DNA of 64,000 bases from Dehalococcoidia bacterium (lineage in GTDB: Bacteria; Chloroflexota; Dehalococcoidia; DSTF01; RBG-16-68-14), in contig JBBDXS010000014.1 in the NCBI GenBank assembly GCA_040902195.1, positions 256,457 to 320,456 of the forward strand, in the 5' to 3' direction. Made by a program: the position numbers and the translations under genes. The notes beneath the pieces were generated by a model, which was given only the letters and a program-made list of their open reading frames with translations, was not told the origin of the DNA and made no database searches. Below, piece by piece: positions 58,921 through 64,000 of the stretch (the stretch's first letter is position 1; each line of letters opens with the position of its first letter).

Positions 58921-60318
58921 ATGAGCCCCCGCCGAAGCCAGCAGCAGGGCCCCGATCTGTTCGATCAGGCGGCCGATGAGCAGCGCCAGCGCGACGCGCC
59001 GCTGGCCGCGCGCATGCGGCCGTCCACGCTGGACGAGTTCGTCGGGCAGGAACAAATCGTCGGCGAGGGGCACATCCTGCGCCGGCTCATCGTGGCGGAC
59101 AGCCTGCCGTCGATGATCTTCTGGGGGCCGCCGGGCACCGGCAAGACAACGCTCGCGCGGATCATCGCCGGGATGGCGGACGCGGACTTCGCGCCGGTCT
59201 CCGCGGTGTCGTCCGGCGTGGCCGACCTGCGGCGGGTGATCGCGGAGGCGCACGAGCGGCGCAAGCTCGCGGGACGCAAGACGATCCTCTTCATCGACGA
59301 GATCCATCGCTTCAACAAGGCGCAGCAGGACGCCGTGCTCCCCTACGTCGAGGACGGCACCGTCACGCTGATCGGCGCGACGACGGAGAACCCCTCGTTC
59401 GAGGTGATCGGCCCGCTGCTGTCGCGCAGCCGCGTCTTTCCGCTGCGCGCGCTCGATCCGGAGCACATCGCCGTGCTGCTGCGGCGCGCGCTCGAGCAGG
59501 ACGAGCAGACCGTCGAGCAGAAGGTCGCCGCCGACGACGAGGCGATCGAGGCGCTCTCGGCGTCCGTGGGCGGCGACGCGCGGATCGCGCTGAACGCGCT
59601 CGAGATGGCGGCGTCGAGCGCGACGCCTGACAAGAAGGGGACGCGTCGTGTCACGCGCGAGATGGTCGAGGAGGCGCTGCAGCACCGCACGTACCTCTAC
59701 GACAAGGCAGGCGACGCGCACTACGACACGATCTCGGCGTTCATCAAGTCGGTGCGCGGCTCGGACGCCGACGCGGCGCTCTACTGGCTCGCGCGCATGA
59801 TCGAGTCGGGCGAGGACCCGCTCTTCATCGTCCGGCGGCTGGTGATCCTCGCCGCGGAGGACATCGGCCTCGCCGACCCGCAGGCGCTCGTCGTCGCGAC
59901 GGCGTGCCAGCAGGCGGTGCACTTCATCGGCCTGCCGGAGGGCTTCCTGCCCATGGCCGAGTGCGCGATCTATCTCGCGACGGCGCCGAAGAGCAACAGC
60001 ACGATGACCGCCTACGCTAAGGCGCTCGCCGACGTGCGCGAGACGCAGGGCGAGCCGGTGCCGCTCCACCTCCGAAACGCGGTGACGGGGCTGATGCAGG
60101 GCATGGGCTACGGCAAGGGTTACAAGTACGCGCACGATTACGAAGGCCACGTGGTCGAGCAGACGCACCTGCCGGACAAGCTGGCGGGACGCCGCTACTA
60201 CGAGCCCGGCGCGCTCGGCTACGAAGCGAAGCTCAAGGAGTGGCGGGACGCGATGCGAGAGCGAGACGCGGGAGACGGCGGATCGACGCGGGACGCGAGA
60301 GGCGAGAAGCGGGAGTAG
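58921..60318 (+). CDS. rarA: Replication-associated recombination protein A (AAA+ ATPase)
   Basis: [35 protein letters not shown], and a MgsA C-terminal region (HYD..SAFIKS.RGSD.DAALYW). Confidence 0.9.
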   Translation: MSPRRSQQQGPDLFDQAADEQRQRDAPLAARMRPSTLDEFVGQEQIVGEGHILRRLIVADSLPSMIFWGPPGTGKTTLARIIAGMADADFAPVSAVSSGVADLRRVIAEAHERRKLAGRKTILFIDEIHRFNKAQQDAVLPYVEDGTVTLIGATTENPSFEVIGPLLSRSRVFPLRALDPEHIAVLLRRALEQDEQTVEQKVAADDEAIEALSASVGGDARIALNALEMAASSATPDKKGTRRVTREMVEEALQHRTYLYDKAGDAHYDTISAFIKSVRGSDADAALYWLARMIESGEDPLFIVRRLVILAAEDIGLADPQALVVATACQQAVHFIGLPEGFLPMAECAIYLATAPKSNSTMTAYAKALADVRETQGEPVPLHLRNAVTGLMQGMGYGKGYKYAHDYEGHVVEQTHLPDKLAGRRYYEPGALGYEAKLKEWRDAMRERDAGDGGSTRDARGEKRE

Positions 60319-60332
60319 CGGCGCACCCCCTT

Positions 60333-60358
60333 CCCCTCTCCCGCATGCGGGAGAGGGG
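60333..60358. repeat. 26-nt perfect palindrome CCCCTCTCCCGCATGCGGGAGAGGGG after the rarA stop (possible terminator, no T-run)
   Basis: Perfect 13+13 inverted repeat, 15 nt after the stop. Confidence 0.7.
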
Positions 60359-60406
60359 CGATCGGTCTCGGCAAAACATGATGCGTAAGCCTGGGGTGAG
60401 GGTCGA

Positions 60407-60739
60407 ATGGCGGGAAGTAGGGGCGGCTCGCGAGCCGCCCGACGGCGCAGCGCCTCTGTGCCGTATACTACCGCCGTGAGCCGCTCAGCCGTGTCGCTGG
60501 CGCTATTGGTGGTAGTCGTGGTGTGCGCATCCCTTGGCGTCTCTGCGCTGTGGTCGCTAATAGACCAGCCCTGGAACGACGCAGACGAGCCCTTCTGGCC
60601 GGCCGGCTGGTACGTCGCGATCTTCGCCGGCCTGGCGGTGTTGTTCCTCGGCGCTGCGTTGGCGCTCGCCACGCTACTCGCCCGGCGGACGGGGATCGTC
60701 GGCCGTCACTCGCAACGGCCCGGACCCCCGGCAAGATGA
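60407..60739 (+). CDS. Hypothetical small membrane protein
   Basis: Two hydrophobic segments. The stop overlaps the DinB-family start (ATGA), which suggests translational coupling. Could still be a GC-frame artefact. Confidence 0.4.
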   Translation: MAGSRGGSRAARRRSASVPYTTAVSRSAVSLALLVVVVVCASLGVSALWSLIDQPWNDADEPFWPAGWYVAIFAGLAVLFLGAALALATLLARRTGIVGRHSQRPGPPAR

Positions 60740-61257
60740 GCGGTCCAAGCCCCCTCACCCTCCCCCAGGTCATCGAGTTCTTGCGCGCGACGATGGGCAC
60801 GCTGCGTGCGGAAGCCGGCGCGCTCGGCCCCGACGCCATGCGCTGGCACCCCGCCGGCGGCGAGTGGTGCCTGAACGAGGTCCTCGGCCACATCATCGAG
60901 GCGGAGGAGCGCGGCTTCGCCGGGCGCATCCGCGACATCCTCGCCGGCAAGGAGATCGTCACGTGGGACCAGGAGCAGGTCGCGCGCGAGCGCAAGGACT
61001 GCGAGCGGGACGGCCTCGGGCTGCTGCGCGAGCTCGAGGAGATGCGCGAACACAACACGATCATGGTCGCGGGCCTGTCGGGTGAAAAGTTGCGCAAGAC
61101 GGGCGTGCATCCGGACGTGGGCGAGCACAGCGTGACCGACCTGCTGCACGAGTGGGTGCACCACGACCGCGCGCACGTGAAGCAGGCGCTCTCGATCGTG
61201 CAGGCTTACGTGTGGCCAAACATGGGTAACACGCAGCGCTTCTCCGAGATCGATTAG
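60736..61257 (+). CDS. DinB/YfiT-like metal-dependent four-helix-bundle protein
   Basis: WCLNEVLGHIIEAE...HEWVHHDRAHVKQ shows the His triad pattern. Confidence 0.8.
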   Translation: MSGPSPLTLPQVIEFLRATMGTLRAEAGALGPDAMRWHPAGGEWCLNEVLGHIIEAEERGFAGRIRDILAGKEIVTWDQEQVARERKDCERDGLGLLRELEEMREHNTIMVAGLSGEKLRKTGVHPDVGEHSVTDLLHEWVHHDRAHVKQALSIVQAYVWPNMGNTQRFSEID

Positions 61258-61265
61258 AATACGGC

Positions 61266-62291
61266 ATGGCTCTCCAGAACGTCCGGCTCCTCGTGGTGAC
61301 GGCCATCCTTGGCGTCGCTGTCGCGTGGCTATCGAGCGCGACGCCGGCCGCGGCAGCCGAGCGCTACATCGACGAGGTGTTCCCGTCCGTCACCGTGACA
61401 TCGAACATCATGTACGGCCAGGCGATCGACGAGTTCGGCCAGCTCGAAACGCTGCGGCTCGACGTGTACCAGCCATCCGGCGACACGCTCTCAGAGCGGC
61501 CCGCCGTCATCTTCGTGCATGGGGGCGGTTTTACGGGCGGCAGCAAGACAACCCCGTCCGCCGTCGACTACGCGACCCGCATGGCGAAGCGCGGCTTCGT
61601 GACGGCGTCGATCAACTACCGGCTGCGCGAAGCCGGCTATTCACCCGCGGAGCAGGCGCAGGTTGTCCTGGACGCGCAGCATGACGCGCAAGCCGCCGTC
61701 CGCTGGTTCCGCGCGAACGCGGCCGCGTACGACATCGACGCGGACCGCATCTCGATCGCGGGGTACTCTGCGGGCGCGGTGACGGCGCTATTTGTCGCGT
61801 ACAACTCCGGCGATCCGGGCGACAGCGGCAACCCCGGCTACCCCTCGACTGTGTCTGCCGTGATCTCCGTCGCCGGGAATGTCTTCGACCCGCTGATCGA
61901 CGCGGGAGAGCCTCCCGCAATGCTCGTACATGGCACCGCGGACAGCACCGTGCCGTACAGCGGTTCGACCGAGGTTGTCGCGCGCGCGGCTGAGGTCGGG
62001 ATCACCACCGAGCTCCATCCGTTCCCAGGCGAAGGACACAGCATCTTCGGCGAGCACATGACGGAGATTACCCAGTGGTCGGGCGAGTTTTTACTGAACT
62101 ATGTGATCGGCGGTTCGGCTGTTGGCGGGTTCACGTCGCTAGCGACGGCCAACCCGCCGCCCAACGAAGGTAGTCCGGAGTGGGTGTGGTGGCTCATACC
62201 CGCCGCGCTGCTCATCGGCCCCGCGGCTCGTTGGTTGGAGCGGTCCGTCAGACGCAGAAGCAACGCGCAGCGCCTTTCGGAGATCGAGTAG
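61266..62291 (+). CDS. Secreted alpha/beta hydrolase (esterase/lipase) with C-terminal TM anchor
   Basis: Signal peptide, HGGGF oxyanion motif, GYSAGA nucleophile elbow, HGTADSTVP. The C-terminus is PEWVWWLIPAALLIGPAARWL plus RRRS. Confidence 0.8.
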   Translation: MALQNVRLLVVTAILGVAVAWLSSATPAAAAERYIDEVFPSVTVTSNIMYGQAIDEFGQLETLRLDVYQPSGDTLSERPAVIFVHGGGFTGGSKTTPSAVDYATRMAKRGFVTASINYRLREAGYSPAEQAQVVLDAQHDAQAAVRWFRANAAAYDIDADRISIAGYSAGAVTALFVAYNSGDPGDSGNPGYPSTVSAVISVAGNVFDPLIDAGEPPAMLVHGTADSTVPYSGSTEVVARAAEVGITTELHPFPGEGHSIFGEHMTEITQWSGEFLLNYVIGGSAVGGFTSLATANPPPNEGSPEWVWWLIPAALLIGPAARWLERSVRRRSNAQRLSEIE

Positions 62292-62359
62292 CGGCGGCCT
62301 TTAAAGCCTGCCCTCGAGCGAAGCGAAGGGTCGCCACGGCGTGCCTTAGCAGCGCGTCC

Positions 62360-62833
62360 CTAGCCGGGCCCGCGCCAGACCTTGTTTGGGATGCCCCGCA
62401 TCATGTCCGGCAGCGACCACAGTTCGATGCGCCAGGGCGTCAGCTTGAGCAGGCCGTAGTTCGGCTCCTCGGGACCTGACCCGAAGAACAATGCCAGGTC
62501 ATACCCAACAGGAGGCGGCGTGCTCTTGTACAGCTCCCATATGCGTTTCCTCTCCGCCGGGTCGTCCTCCCACTCTGCGCGACAGTCCGCGTAGATCTGC
62601 TGCTGCTCTGCGTCCCAGTACGTAAGCGAGACGTACGGGTTGTTGGCGATGTGCTTGCCCTTGAAGGAGCGCCTGTTGGTCGCGGCCCAGCAGACCGGCC
62701 CTTCCCAGATCGGATGGAGGATGCGCGATCGAGGGCGTCCGCGGCGGTCCACGGTAGCGAACGTGCACCAGATGATCCTGCTGGTGCGCGCGTGCAGCTC
62801 CCCGGCGATCTCGTCGAAGGATGCGACGTCCAC
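62360..62833 (-). CDS. Pyridoxamine 5'-phosphate oxidase family (possibly F420/FMN-dependent) protein
   Basis: CTFATVDRRGRPRSRILHPIW...KGKHIANNPYVSLTYW is a PPOX-class split-barrel pattern. Confidence 0.8.
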   Translation of the reverse strand: MDVASFDEIAGELHARTSRIIWCTFATVDRRGRPRSRILHPIWEGPVCWAATNRRSFKGKHIANNPYVSLTYWDAEQQQIYADCRAEWEDDPAERKRIWELYKSTPPPVGYDLALFFGSGPEEPNYGLLKLTPWRIELWSLPDMMRGIPNKVWRGPG

Positions 62834-62836
62834 AGA

Positions 62837-63970
62837 CTAAGCGGGGCCTCCGACGGCGGCAGGCATGTTGCCCCGGAGGGACAGGCCGAGCTGCAGGAAC
62901 GTTTCCAGGTCGCCCTCGCCGCGCGCCATCTGGAGCGTTACGTCGTAGGACGGCTTGGCGATCTCGTTGCGGCGCTGCTCGTAGGCTGCCATCGCGTCGT
63001 CGAGCGGACGCGCGCCGGAGAAGCCCTCATCGATCGCGTGCGCGAGCAGCTCAGCGTCGCGGAAGGCGTCGTTGATGCCGAGGCCCGTGATGAAGTCGCG
63101 GTGGTACCCGGCGTCGCCGACGAGCGCCCAGCCCGGGCCGTACGGCTTGCGAAAGTAGTTGGGCTGGTCGTTCGTGCCCATGAACCGCTCGACGCGCTTC
63201 GCCGGATCGATACGTTCCCCGAGGTTCGTCGTGCGGCCGAGCACCTTGTAGAAGTTGCCCTCGATGTCCTTTCGGAAGTCGAAGAAGCCATCGACCGGCC
63301 CGCCGGCGGCAACAACGGCAGTACCGTCGTTCGTCGGGAAGACCAGGACCCCGCCCTCCCCTTCTCCCATCGGGTGCATCTCCGCGCCTTCGAGATCGAT
63401 ACCGGTGTAGTAGGCGTAGTACGCGAACGTCAGCGACGGGACAGTGTCGTACGCCTGCGGCTTGACCTGTCGCGCGACAAATGAATGCAGCCCGTCGGCG
63501 CCGATGACGATGCGCCCGCGCTCCTCGACATCGTGGCCGTCCTTCGTGCGCCCGCGGACACCGGCGACCGTATCGCCATCCCAGACGAGCTCGCGCACCG
63601 AGAAGTTCTCGCGCAGCTCCGCGCCCGCCGCGACCGCGCCTTCGACCAGGATATTGTCGAGCACGGTGCGACGCGGACAGCATGCCGGCGGGAATCCTTC
63701 GGCATCGGGAGGGCGCGGCGGCGTGAACGGCTGGCCATCCACATAGACGGTGACCTGCTCGATCGCGGGCGTGCCTGCCGCCCAGACCTGATCGAGCAGC
63801 CCCCAGTTGCGCAGGCGTATCACGCCGGGGACGTGGACGAAGTGTGTCGACATGATGTCGCTGGGGAAGCTCGAGCGATCGACGAGCAAGACCTTGTGGC
63901 CCTGGCGGGCCAGCAGCATCGCTGTAGGGGAGCCGGCGCACCTGGCGCCGACGACAATCGCGTCATACAT
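62837..63970 (-). CDS. FAD-dependent oxidoreductase/monooxygenase
   Basis: N-terminal Rossmann YDAIVVGARCAGSPTAMLLARQGHKVLLVDR and later GDAGYHRD (GD motif). Confidence 0.8.
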   Translation of the reverse strand: MYDAIVVGARCAGSPTAMLLARQGHKVLLVDRSSFPSDIMSTHFVHVPGVIRLRNWGLLDQVWAAGTPAIEQVTVYVDGQPFTPPRPPDAEGFPPACCPRRTVLDNILVEGAVAAGAELRENFSVRELVWDGDTVAGVRGRTKDGHDVEERGRIVIGADGLHSFVARQVKPQAYDTVPSLTFAYYAYYTGIDLEGAEMHPMGEGEGGVLVFPTNDGTAVVAAGGPVDGFFDFRKDIEGNFYKVLGRTTNLGERIDPAKRVERFMGTNDQPNYFRKPYGPGWALVGDAGYHRDFITGLGINDAFRDAELLAHAIDEGFSGARPLDDAMAAYEQRRNEIAKPSYDVTLQMARGEGDLETFLQLGLSLRGNMPAAVGGPA

Positions 63971-64000
63971 GGCCGGCCTCTTACATAAGGGAATAGAGCC

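Noticed and set aside
46372-62833. Selenoprotein genes (in-frame TGA) near selA, including the two peroxiredoxin-like genes
   Set aside because: All credible CDS in the window are uninterrupted. The Cys-less Prx-like gene has GCC (Ala), not TGA, at the active-site position.

Overview
GC-rich bacterial chromosomal window with a strong G/C third-position bias. Gene content and repeat style suggest a Chloroflexota- or Terrabacteria-like organism, which is inference only. About 60 CDS are credible. Most other long ORFs in the six-frame track are Arg/Ala/Pro-rich shadow frames of real genes.

Recognisable content, in order:
- Partial oxalyl-CoA decarboxylase-family gene.
- Trehalose module: two tandem TreT-type GT4 genes plus glgC.
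- tldD and pmbA, separated by five genes: vapBC, a zincin-like peptidase, an amidohydrolase and a GNAT.
- Two convergent GT-C membrane glycosyltransferases.
- Tungstate/molybdate block: modE-like regulator and tupABC.
- Three-subunit xanthine-dehydrogenase-family molybdoenzyme with mocA.
- serA, a CapA-like gene, DUF1015, a HIT gene and rph.
- A PAS-GGDEF-GAF-HD-GYP signalling protein.
- comEA and comEC.
- A class-V aminotransferase divergent from selA.
- mutS2, cofD and cofC (F420), a GH29 fucosidase, rarA, and assorted hydrolases and oxidoreductases.

No rRNA, tRNA, CRISPR array or transposase gene was found.

The unusual material is mostly non-coding or at gene junctions:
1. A family of GTAG(G)-headed hairpins with covarying stems at 13 loci. 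One lies in frame inside mocA and several form gene 3' ends.
2. A 4.2-copy, 118-bp tandem array built from these hairpins plus heptad repeats.
3. Short heptanucleotide tandem arrays in several intergenic regions.
4. A hicAB cassette bracketed by 40-bp direct repeats that duplicate the comEC 3' end.
5. A lower-GC gene next to that cassette encoding a PD-(D/E)xK-like protein of unknown function.
6. A retropepsin-like domain in the same ORF as the [2Fe-2S] subunit of the molybdoenzyme.
7. A TreT paralogue with a degenerate catalytic motif.
8. A -10-like hexamer 6-9 nt upstream of many start codons, suggesting leaderless mRNAs.

All functional calls come from motif recognition by eye. No database search was run.
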